A stretch of 64,000 nucleotides of DNA from positions 17,174,001 to 17,238,000 of the forward strand of contig OZ024764.1 of assembly GCA_964016885.1 (NCBI GenBank), read 5' to 3'. The DNA comes from Eledone cirrhosa (lineage: Eukaryota). Below, one piece after another: positions 10,610-21,466 of this stretch. The notes under the pieces were generated by a model. That model ran no database searches and was not told the origin of the DNA. It worked only from the letters and a program-made list of their open reading frames with translations. The position numbers and the translations under genes are program-made. Numbering within the stretch: the stretch's first letter is position 1; every line of letters starts with the position of its first letter.

Positions 10610-12115
10610 ATCATTCATCATCATTTTACGTCCGCTCTTCCCTGCTTGCAAGGGTGGGATGGGTCTTATTCAGCACAGCATCTCTCCACCTGTCACGGTC
10701 CTTCGTCATCTCCACCGTGAGCTTCAATGATCTGAGGTCTGTTCTCACCACCTCCACCCATGTTTTTCGTGGTCTACCTCTACCACGTCTTCCTTCAACT
10801 GGCATTTCCTGGCACTTCTTCACCCATCGGTCATCCTCCATGCGCATCACATGTCCATACCACCTCAGTCTCCTCTCCCGTACACTACATTCTATCCCTC
10901 TCAGACACAGTTTCTCTCTCACCACATCACATGTCCATACCACCTCAGTCTCCTCTCCCGTACACTACATTCTATCCCTCTCAGACACAGTTTCTCTCTC
11001 ACCACATCACATGTCCATACCACCTCAGTCTCCTCTCCCGTACACTACATTCTATCCCTCTCAGACACAGTTTCTCCCTCACCACATCACATGTCCATAC
11101 CACCTCAGTCTCCTCTCCCGTACACTACATTCTATCCCTCTCAGACACAGTTTCTCTCTCACCACATCACATGTCCATACCACCTCAGTCTCCTCTCCCG
11201 TACACTACATTCTATCCCTCTCAGACACAGTTTCTCTCTCACCACATCACATGTCCATACCACCTCAGTCTCCTCTCCCGTACACTACATTCTATCCCTC
11301 TCAGACACAGTTTCTCCCTCACCACATCACATGTCCATACCACCTCAGTCTCCTCTCCCGTACACTACATTCTATCCCTCTCAGACACAGTTTCTCTCTC
11401 ACCACATCACATGTCCATACCACCTCAGTCTCCTCTCCCGTACACTACATTCTATCCCTCTCAGACACAGTTTCTCTCTCACCACATCACATGTCCATAC
11501 CACCTCAGTCTCCTCTCCCGTACACTACATTCTATCCCTCTCAGACACAGTTTCTCTCTCACCACATCACATGTCCATACCACCTCAGTCTCCTCTCCCG
11601 TACACTACATTCTATCCCTCTCAGACACAGTTTCTCTCTCACCACATCACATGTCCATACCACCTCAGTCTCCTCTCCCGTACACTACATTCTATCCCTC
11701 TCAGACACAGTTTCTCTCTCACCACATCACATGTCCATACCACCTCAGTCTCCTCTCCCGTACACTACATTCTATCCCTCTCAGACACAGTTTCTCTCTC
11801 ACCACATCACATGTCCATACCACCTCAGTCTCCTCTCCTGTACACTACATTCTATCCCTCTCAGACACAGTTTCTCTCTCACCACATCACATGTCCATAC
11901 CACCTCAGTCTCCTCTCCCGTACACTACATTCTATCCCTCTCAGACACAGTTTCTCTCTCAACACATTTATGCTGGGTCGTTCACGCACATTTACACTGC
12001 ACATCCAACGGAGCATGCTTGCCTCATGTCTCTCCAGCCGTCGCATATCCTCTGCAGTTGCTGCCCATGTCTCACTACCATGCAGAAACTGCGCATCTCA
12101 CACAGGCATCATATG
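10610..12115 (-). mobile_element. RTE LINE 3' fragment with an internal 60-bp tandem array (about 18.5 copies, 10846-11960)
   Basis: The flanks are collinear with the intact fragment at 25467-26070 (ETWAATAEDMRRLER...RWYGHVMRMEDD...GRGRPRKTW...REERT* followed by (TGA)n). The array unit encodes VREKLCLRGIECSVRERRLRWYGHV. Confidence 0.93.
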
Positions 12116-12117
12116 AC

Positions 12118-12179
<62 letters not shown>

Positions 12180-12319
12180 GTAGAACACTGGAAGGTAATA
12201 TCCGTAGTGGTAGAGCACTCAGTCCATGGGACGAGTTAGGTAGAAGTGGTTACACAACAGTTAGTTCACCATAACGAGAACAATTGTTTCACCTCAGCAG
12301 ATCCTCAGCTTGTAATGGA

Positions 12320-12855
12320 CAGAGAGAGAGAGAGAGAAAGAGAGGAGAGAGAGAGAGAGAAAGAAAGAGAGGAGAGAGAAAGAAAGAGAGGAGAGAGAAA
12401 GAAAGAGAGGAGAGAGAGAAAGAAAGAGAGGAGAGAGAGAAAGAAAGAGAGGAGAGAGAGAAAGAAAGAAAGAGAGAGAGAAAGAAAGAGAGGAGAGAGA
12501 GAAAGAAAGAGAGGAGAAAGAAAGAAAGAGAGGAGAGAGAGAAAGAAAGAGAAGAGAGTGAGAGAGAAAGAAAGAGAGGAGAGAGAGAGAGAGAAAGAAA
12601 GAGGAGAGAGAGATAGAAAGAAAGAGAGGAGAGATAGAAAGATAGAGAGAGGAGAGAGAGATAGAAAGAAAGAGAGGAGAGAGAGATAGAAAGAGAGAGA
12701 GAGGAGAGAGAGATAGAAAGAGAGAGAGAGGAGAGAGAGATAGAAAGAGAGGAGAGAGAGATAGAAAGAGAGAGAGAGGAGAGAGAGATAGAAAGAAAGA
12801 GAGGAGAGAGAGAGATAGAAAGAGAGAGAGAGAGATAGAAAGAGAGAGAGAGGTA
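12320..12855. repeat. GA-rich low-complexity tract
   Basis: Purine-only (GA)n/(GAAA)n/(GATA) mosaic. Confidence 0.9.
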
Positions 12856-12988
12856 GGACTATAAACACAATATGAAGAAGAAAAAGTAAAGTTAACAACA
12901 ACATCAACAACAACAAAGAAAAGAGATATTTCTCTTACCGTGTATTGAGCAAGTTCCTCCACTGTAAACATGGTATAATAGACGATAA

Positions 12989-13020
<32 letters not shown>

Positions 13021-13021
13021 A

Positions 13022-13220
13022 ATAGGAACGAGTGGGACCCCGACGGCTGAGCTCAAGCCATTTCGACGGCTAATTCGGGACTAGCCAGAATTAGCAGTCG
13101 AAACGGCTTGAGCTCAGCCGTCGGGGTCCTACTCGTTCCTATTACCCACTCTACTACCCTAAGTATTGAGTACTTTGGTGCGTTATGGTCCACCTGGTTC
13201 CTTACCACATTTCCTTCGTT
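13022..13220 (+). mobile_element. small foldback (hairpin plus unique tail) element embedded in (TA)n, Penelope-pLTR-like
   Basis: Inverted arms aataggaacgagtgggaccccgacggctgagctcaagcc / ggcttgagctcagccgtcggggtcctactcgttcctatt, followed by the tail taccctaagtattgagtactttggtgcgttatggtccacctggttccttaccacatttcc. Further full or partial copies at 18757, 25328, 30245, 31060, 32889, 54578 and 57298. Confidence 0.75.
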
Positions 13221-13677
13221 ATATATATATATATATATATATATAAATGAGAGGTATAGAGATTGTTTTAGCAAGAAGCTAACGGCATTCTATAACATAT
13301 ATGCGACTATAACGTCAAGATGGGAAAAGTAGTTAACGAAAGATTTAGGAAAAATAACTCAAACTCATCTCAAAAGAGAATCAGGATATAAATTCATCCA
13401 CAGAATTTAGTAAAATCCAGGGAAAAATCTATAGACCTTTAACTCATGATAAAATAAAGTTTGAAACACTTATCCTTCAATTTGGAATAACATCAAATGC
13501 TCTGTATAGTCTTAAAAGACTATATATATATATATAGGACCCATTTACGTGTGTTGTATTGAAGCGAATAACTGTGTGTATACTCCGGGAGTTTATTTAA
13601 CATTGCCTAGTGAGTACGTTGAGAAGCAACCGGCCCTAGCAGTGAAACCCATGCTAGTTCCGTCAACTTATTATTAT

Positions 13678-13710
<33 letters not shown>

Positions 13711-14232
13711 TCCGAAATTCGCCAACACTACACCTGATATTCCCCCGTCCATACACACGCACCCATGTATCTGAGTGTATATCATGACTTAAACACTGTT
13801 CACTTCCCTGACGTTTGTACATTATTCTATCTACGTTACGAGGTTGACTTTGCCTTTCATCCTCACCGGGTCGATAAAATAAAGTACCAGTAATGCACTG
13901 GCCTTGTGCCTAAAGTAGAAACAATTATTCTATCTACAATACATGCACCTTTGTTGAGTTGTAGTGCACCTGAGCACTGTACACAATAATTGTCATTATA
14001 TATATACATATAAAGGAATGTAGCTTACTTCCTCGCTGGTTATAAAACCCGCCTCGGAAGACGTCAAGGAAGATGTGTTGGTGTTTTCGTTAAAATGTGG
14101 TCAAGGGGAGATAACCGTCGAAAATGTGTGTCTCACGTTGTCGATTGTTGCTTATTTTGATCGGCGGAGAACTCAACCAGTTTAAATGCCCATGAAACTA
14201 CTACTGATATTAATAACATAATATATGCTCCG

Positions 14233-14264
<32 letters not shown>

Positions 14265-14616
14265 CAGGGTTTTAAGGAACTTTCAGTAGATGTGTATATA
14301 TATATAGAGAGAGAGAGAAGTAGAATCAGCTAGATCCATACATATATATCAGCCAGATCCATATATATATATATATATAGAAGTAGAATCAGCCAGATCC
14401 ATATATATATATATATAGAAGTAGAATCAGCCAGATCCATACAAGGACCATGACTCGAGCTACATGCCGGAGAAACAATTGTAACACGCAATAAACTAAG
14501 TCCAGATGCAGCACTGATTTTTCGTTTTCTTTATATCTACACTCTACTCTGATGAATATCGAGTGCTAATTTTGGGGCATATTGCCTATAGAAGCACCAT
14601 AGCTACCACTATACAC

Positions 14617-14666
<50 letters not shown>

Positions 14667-14729
14667 GGTTTTAAGGAACTTTCAGTGGATGTGTATATAT
14701 ATATACAGGGTTTTAAGGAATTTTCAGTG

Positions 14730-14792
<63 letters not shown>

Positions 14793-15454
14793 GGTTTTAA
14801 GAAACTTTCAGTGGATGTGTATATATATATATATCACATATATTATGAAATACTGTTGGCTTCTTGCTCACATTAATTTCTCTATTTTCATTTATATATA
14901 TATATATATATATATACACGTATGTACGTATATGATGGCTGCAAACTCTGCTAAGAGTATTGCAATCGCTTTTCAGATTACAGAAAATGGTACACTTTTA
15001 GGCTATGTCCAGCCACACAAATGTGTAACAGATCCTGAACAAGCAATGGCTGTGCTTTGGAGGTTTTTTTCAAGTGGGGAAAAGTCTTGCACTTGACCAA
15101 TCCCACTCTCTGACCATCGAAAATACTACCCAAAAAGGAGAACTGGTCAACACCAGTTTGCCTCTCTATATACATACATACATACATGGATATATTTAAT
15201 ACAGAATGAAACCAAGGTTGCTAAATTAAATCTATCTTTAATCTCAACAATTGTTTTTATACAGATAAGAGTTATATCAATACATATAAACAATGTATAA
15301 TAATATAATGAAAATTATTGTACAGTGCTCAGGTGCACTACAACTCATCAAAGGTGCATGTATGAATCATGATATACATACAATAAATATAGAATAATGT
15401 AAATGCTAAAGGGTTAAGCCTTTCTAAATGTCATCATACACAGGGACATTGTAG

Positions 15455-16117
15455 ATGGCCAGATTTCTCTCACCTCTTTCTGTTCAAACCAGCTGTAACT
15501 GGCCACTCATACTGATGTTAAAGTATTGTTCTCAAAATAAATATTATGTGAGGTAAAGCCTTTACTGTGACAATACAATAGTATATATAGAGTAATGTAA
15601 ATGTTATGTGAGATATTATGTGAGGTAAAGCCTTTACTGTGAAAATACAATAGTATATATAGAGTAATGTAAATGTTATGTGAGATATTATGTGAGGTAA
15701 AGCCTTTATTGGGAAAATACAATAGTATATAGAGTAATGTAAATGTTATGTGAGATATTATGTGAGGTAAAGCCTTTATTGGGAAAATACAATAGTATAT
15801 ATAGAGTAATGTAAATGTTATGTGAGATATTATGTGAGGTAAAGCCTTTACTGTGAAAATACAATAGTATATATAGAGTAATGTAAATGTTATGTGAGAT
15901 ATTATGTGTGGTAAAGCCTTTACTGTGACAATACAATAGTATATATAGAGTAATGTAAATGTGATGTGAGATATTATGTGAGGTAAAGCCTTTATTGGGA
16001 AAATACAATAGTATATATAGAGTAATGTAAATGTTATGTGAGATATTATGTGAGGTAAAGCCTTTACTGTGAAAATACAATAGTATATATAGAGTAATGT
16101 AAATACTAAAGGGTTAA
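15455..16117 (-). mobile_element. piggyBac-like MITE copy with 72-bp minisatellite (one terminus intact)
   Basis: Ends aaatactaaagggTTAA at 16117. Internal array and unique segment are as in 27935-28629. Confidence 0.8.
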
Positions 16118-16853
16118 ATTTGTTTGTGTTTTAAACCCTGATTTTCAAACTCTTCATCCACTCTTCACTGACCAGAGGCTGTCGTAAGGTGTTACCAAGT
16201 TAGAATGATAATCATACCAATGCAACTGGTCAAACCTTGACCGACAGAGCTTGACCCAAGGCCTGCTGGTCATCTCTTTAAACATCTGGTCCTAACTTGA
16301 CCAATAGATGCCTGGCAGTATTTGTTCCAGACCTTGGTGGTCATTGTATCAATTTAAACCCAGGACTTTTGTCGTCCAGTCTTCACAGTCTAGTTGATAC
16401 TATAGACATATCCATGGAGCTGGTCATAGCTTGAGCCAGGCCTTAGAGGTCATTACATCTCTTTAAACAACTGGTCAAAGCTTGATCGACTGATGACCAG
16501 CATTGCTTGAGCCAGTGTCTGCTGGTCATCGCATCTATTTAAACCGATGTTTTCTCTCGTCCAGCTTACACTGTCGAGATGTCGAAGGGTGTTGATACTG
16601 TGGCCATATCTATTGAAGTTGGTCGTAGCTTGACCGACAGATGTCCGGAAGTGCTTGAGCCAGTGTTTGATCCAGACCTTAGAGGTCACTGCAAGTTTTT
16701 AAATTGGCTGTAGCTTGACCGACAGTGCTTGAGCCAGAGAATGCTGGTCATCGCATCTCTTTAAACAACTGGTCCTAACTTGACCGAAGATGACCAACAA
16801 TACTTATGCCAGACTTTAGGGGTCACTGCATCTATTCGTCCACCTTTCACTGT

Positions 16854-17456
16854 CTAGATGTTGTCATAGGGTGTTATCAAGTTAATACTGTAGTCATATC
16901 CATGGAGCTGGTCATAGCTTGACCGACAGATGTCTGGAAGTATCTGTTGGTCATCACAGAGGAAGTCATACACCTGCAGTGACCCTCGATGTCTTCGGTC
17001 AGCGAAACCGTCATCATTGTCGGGGTCCATGACCTTCTCGTCAGGAATGTTCGCCACGACCAAATACCGGCCGGTGTCCGAGTAGCGGCAAAGCCTGACC
17101 GGATGTCTGTTGTGCCAGTCCCAGAGACGCGTGGCCATGCGAACGTCCCAGACGGTCACCACGCCATCCTCTCCTCCGGAGACGATCTTCCAGCCGTCCG
17201 ACTGCACCCCCGTGATCTTCTGGGTGTGTCCAGCCAGGGTCATCACCGGGTGGTTCCATCGCGCTGCGTCGTAGAGTCTCACCTTTCTGTCGGCGCACCC
17301 CGTGCTCAGCAGGACGCTTGTTGCAACACCTGACGATGTGTGTGCACCGCGCTGCTGCTGCTTCTGCTCGTTATCCAGGTGCATGCAGCTTACGTACCAG
17401 GTGTGACCGTGAAAGGTGCTAATTGCTTTACCTGTCGTCAAGTCGTACAGCTTCAC
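16854..17456 (-). CDS. FBXW8: F-box/WD repeat protein 8, coding exon 9 (terminal; WD40 repeats, stop TAG)
   Basis: Acceptor AG at 17458-57. Translates VKLYDLTTGKAISTFHGHTWYVSC...TGCADRKVRLYD...LAGHTQKITGVQSDGWKIVSGGEDGVVTVWDVRMATRLW...HRGSLQVYDF...LPDICRSSYDQLHGYDYSINLITPYDNI*, which resembles the vertebrate FBXW8 C-terminus. Confidence 0.93.
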   Translation of the reverse strand: MKLYDLTTGKAISTFHGHTWYVSCMHLDNEQKQQQRGAHTSSGVATSVLLSTGCADRKVRLYDAARWNHPVMTLAGHTQKITGVQSDGWKIVSGGEDGVVTVWDVRMATRLWDWHNRHPVRLCRYSDTGRYLVVANIPDEKVMDPDNDDGFADRRHRGSLQVYDFLCDDQQILPDICRSSYDQLHGYDYSINLITPYDNI

Positions 17457-17617
17457 CTGTAATTACACGACGCAGAAAATAGAAGAAAATTAATTAAAAT
17501 AAAAACATAACAAAAATATTTTAACGAACACCAGTAATTAGGAGGGAGGGTGATATAACAGCCCAAACTATCATCAAAAGGAGATGATGATGATGATGAT
17601 TATTATTATTATTATGG

Positions 17618-17790
17618 TGGATTGGCAGTAACGGTAGAGCGTCGGACACCACGCTCTGCGGCATAGAGTTACGGCTCTTTACGTTCTGCGTTCAAAAACC
17701 CCACTGAAGTTAGTTTTGCTTTTCATCCTTACATGGTCGATAAAATAAAGTACCAGTAATGCACTGAATAATTGTAGAAACAGTTATTTT
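17618..17790 (+). mobile_element. second SINE family (Meta-like core), near full length
   Basis: Head ggtggattggcagtaacggtagagc, B-box-like gttcaaa and the shared core. Preceded by (ATT)n. Confidence 0.75.
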
Positions 17791-17811
17791 CATTGTTAAT
17801 TTAATACCTAA

Positions 17812-18142
17812 TCATCATCATCATCATACGTCCGCTTTTCCCTGCTTGCAAGGGTGGGACGGGAACTGATTCTGGCTTGATCTCTACAGCTGGATGCCCT
17901 TCCTAACACCAACCTCATTTACAGTGAGTGCTGGGTGCTTTTTTGCCGTGGCACCTCCACGACCACTTTACAGTGGAATGATAGGGACCCCAGCCCCTAT
18001 CATCTCATTTCTACAGCTGAGTAAACTGGAGCAATGTGAAATAAAGTGTCTTGCTCAAGGAAACAACACATCACCCGGTCTGAGAATTGAACTCACAACC
18101 TTTTGATTGCAAGGCCAATGCTCTAACCACTAAGCCATGTGG
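17812..18142 (-). mobile_element. CORE-like tRNA SINE with RTE tail, full length
   Basis: Reverse complement of 56051-56381. Confidence 0.9.
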
Positions 18143-18359
18143 CTCTCTCTCTATATATATCTCTATATATATATATATATATATTCACAAGTCACTGAGA
18201 CTCCCAGAAGAGATGAGGATGTAGGATGATAAGCAGAGAGATACTGGACTGAGAAGGACACATCCAACCCAAGCAAGTGTGGAAAAATAGACATAAAACC
18301 AATGATGATGATGATGATGATTAGAATTACACAGACAGGGAAAGGAAAGGTTTCAGTAC

Positions 18360-18641
18360 CTGGTAGCCATCAAAGAGAGCAGTGGAGCTTCCAAGACCAA
18401 CAGCCAGCACTGGCTGTCTTCCGCCGGAAACTTCCGTACATGTAATCGGAGTGCCATATATGTTATGGACTTCAGTAGAATTCTCCGAGTCTGCTAATGT
18501 GGTGGTGTTGTTGTTGTTGCTGTTGCTGTAAGGTGGTGGTGCAGTGTAGATTCTCACAACGTGGTTGGTAGCTACGACCAGTCTGCAGCAGTCGTTGGTG
18601 AATGAGGTTTCGTAGTTCGGCAGAAACTTCATTGATGAAAT
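18360..18641 (-). CDS. FBXW8: FBXW8 coding exon 8
   Basis: AG at 18643-42 and GT at 18359-58; 282 nt, phase 0/0. Translates ISSMKFLPNYETS...QPVLAVGLGSSTALFDGYQ and joins VKLYD. Confidence 0.88.
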
Positions 18642-18692
18642 CTGGATAATAGACAGACAGACAGACAGACTTACAGGTGGATAGAAAGGTGA

Positions 18693-18745
<53 letters not shown>

Positions 18746-18946
18746 TATATATGTATAGGGAAAGAGTCAGGACCCTGACGGCTGAGCTCCTGCCATTTCG
18801 ACAGCGAGATCCGAAACAGCAAGAGCTCAGCTGTCGGGGTCCTGACTCTTTTCCTATTACCTACTCTACTACCCTAAGTATTGAGTACTCTGTCGTGTTA
18901 TGGTCCACCTGGTTTTTACCACACCTTATCTGATATACATACATAA

Positions 18947-18987
<41 letters not shown>

Positions 18988-19026
18988 TATATATACATAT
19001 ACACGTATATATATATGTATATATAT

Positions 19027-19069
<43 letters not shown>

Positions 19070-19096
19070 TATGTACATACACATATACATATATAT

Positions 19097-19136
<40 letters not shown>

Positions 19137-19150
19137 ATATATATATATAC

Positions 19151-19195
<45 letters not shown>

Positions 19196-19261
19196 TATAT
19201 ATATATATATATGTGTGTATATATATATATACATATATATATATATACACACACATATACA

Positions 19262-19293
<32 letters not shown>

Positions 19294-19374
19294 CATGACA
19301 AATAGAGAGAGGAAAGTGAGTGTTGAAATAATGAAAGAGAGAGAGAGAGAGAGAGACTCTGCCATAGGGCTTAC

Positions 19375-19625
19375 CTTCTGATTAAAATCTACTTTAACGA
19401 GTCGTTTAAACGCCGAACCTCCACCTCCCCCACCTTCTTCTTCATCTTCTCCTCCCCTGCCTCTGTGGTTCTTCTCACCAGCCTCCATGATCAGCTGGGG
19501 TCCAGTAGCCACGGCAACCAGCATCTGGGAGGTAGTCTCTGTTATCGACACGCTTGAGATGTTCCTGCTATGGATCGTGTGGCAGGGTTTCAAGTCTCCC
19601 TCGTTTAACCAGACATCTACAAAGC
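19375..19625 (-). CDS. FBXW8: FBXW8 coding exon 7
   Basis: ttgccag acceptor and gtaagc donor; 251 nt, phase 1/0. Translates (G)[18 protein letters not shown]...[12 protein letters not shown]. Confidence 0.88.
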
Positions 19626-19705
19626 CTGGCAACAGATAAAGAAAGGAAAAATATATAATTACATACACAAGCCTTGCTTAAGTTTGTGTGTATGTTTACA
19701 ATATA

Positions 19706-19751
<46 letters not shown>

Positions 19752-19755
<4 letters not shown>

Positions 19756-20262
19756 CAATGTCAATGAGGGTGAACGACCAAACATAGATGAGTTGAGAGA
19801 GAAACTGTGTATAAGAGGGATAAGTTGTAGTGTGTGGGAGAGAAGACTGAGATGGTATGGACATGTGATGAGTTGAGAGAGAAATTGTGTATAAGAGGGA
19901 TAAGTTGTGGTGTGTGGGAGAGAAGACTGAGATGGTATAGACATGTGATGAGTTGAGAGAGAAACTGTGTATAAGAGGGATAAGTTGTGGTGAGTGGGAG
20001 AGAAGACTGAGATGGTATAGACATGTGATGCGCATGGAGGATGACTGCTGGGTAAAGAAGTGCCAAGGAATCCCAGTAGAAGGAAGACGCAGTAGAGGAA
20101 GACCACGAAAAACATGGGCGGAGGTGGTGGGAGCAGACCTCAGATCTCTGAAACTCACGGAGGAGATGACGAAGGACCATGACAAGTGGAGAGATGCTGT
20201 GCTAAATAGGACCCGTCCCACCCTTGCAAGCAGGGAAAAGCAGACGTATGATGATGATGATG
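19752..20262 (+). mobile_element. RTE LINE 3' fragment with a 72-bp triplication
   Basis: ELREKLCIRGISC.VWERRLRWY.HVM is repeated three times, followed by RMEDDCWVKKC..GRPRKTW..REKQT and (TGA)n. Confidence 0.9.
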
Positions 20263-20839
20263 ATATATATATATATATGCATATATATAAACATACACAC
20301 ACAATATCATCATCATCGTTTAACGTCTATCTTCCACGTTAGCATGGGTTTAGACAGGAGTTGTCCCACTTGAGGCAAGGCTGGTCGGGTGACCGTATCT
20401 CGCTCATATAGGACTGTCTGGCAGGTTTTCTACAGCTGGATGCCCTTTGTAACACCAACCACATTTACAGTGTGGAACTGGGAACTTTTTATCATGTTAC
20501 CTACATGGCCACATTACAGCGTGGACTGTGTGTGTGTTTTTCTCGTGACACCTACACGATCTCGATCTCATTTTCTCGTGCTGTGAGTGGGAGGATAGGG
20601 TAGGGGTAGTGGATTGGGGTGTATATTTGGTTAAGAGGTGCCTACTGACTGTAGGTTTTGCTTTGTACATAAGCAAGGCGGATCTTCTGTATTACTGCGT
20701 AGCGCCAAAGGTCTCGGTCCAGAGACATTGTCTTAGAGAGATGTAAGTGTGTCAGATCATCCCAGGTTTTTCTGGGTCTACCTACTCCGTAACTACCATC
20801 AATTTTGATCGCCATAAATTATTATTTTATTTTTTTTTA

Positions 20840-21147
20840 CGACCACTTTTCCCTGCTTGCAAGGGTGGGGCAGGAACTGATTCTGGCTTGATTTCTACAG
20901 CTGGATGCCCTTCCTAACACCAACCTCATTTACAGTGAGTGGTGGGTGCTTTTTTGCCGTGGCACCTCCACAACCACTTTACAGTGGAATGATAGGGACC
21001 CCAGTCCCTATCATCTCATTTCTACAGCTGAGTAAACTGGAGCAATGTGAAATAAAGTGTCTTGCTCAAGGAAATAACACATCACCCGGTCTGAGAATTG
21101 AACTCACAACCTTTCGATTGCAAGGCCAATGCTCTAACCACTAAGCC
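20840..21147 (-). mobile_element. CORE-like tRNA SINE with RTE tail
   Basis: Reverse complement of 56051-56381. Confidence 0.9.
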
Positions 21148-21197
21148 AAATATATAAATAAAATACCCCACTCCCCGCCAGCCCTGCCCTATCTTAC

Positions 21198-21379
21198 CAT
21201 GTTTAAAGACAGCTACAGTGACAGAATCAGTGGTGTCCACCATGGTTATACCATTGGGCACTGTCCCTTCTTCTGCCGTGTTGTCCAGTTGCAGCGACAT
21301 GTCCGAAGGGTGGAAGACACACACGTCCACCAGTCCATCTTCGGACAGGCTGTGTAGCTTCACTTGACCATTGCTGTAT
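21198..21379 (-). CDS. FBXW8: FBXW8 coding exon 6
   Basis: tttcag acceptor and gtaaga donor; 182 nt, phase 2/1. Translates (G)YSNGQVKLHSLSEDG...VTVAVFKH(G). Confidence 0.9.
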
Positions 21380-21466
21380 CTGAAATAGATGGAGAGATAG
21401 TGTGGTATGGTGTAGTGCAGTGGTCAGAGGGATACAGCACTGGTCTAGGGCTAAACAAGAATGGTC

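Noticed and set aside
10576-12274. Three overlapping plus-strand ORFs of 421-535 aa
   Set aside because: They are the antisense of an RTE fragment with a stop-free 60-bp array.
12939-12971. MFTVEELAQY resembling the start of a cytochrome-b5-like (neudesin-type) domain
   Set aside because: No downstream exon with the rest of the domain was found, and the match is too short.
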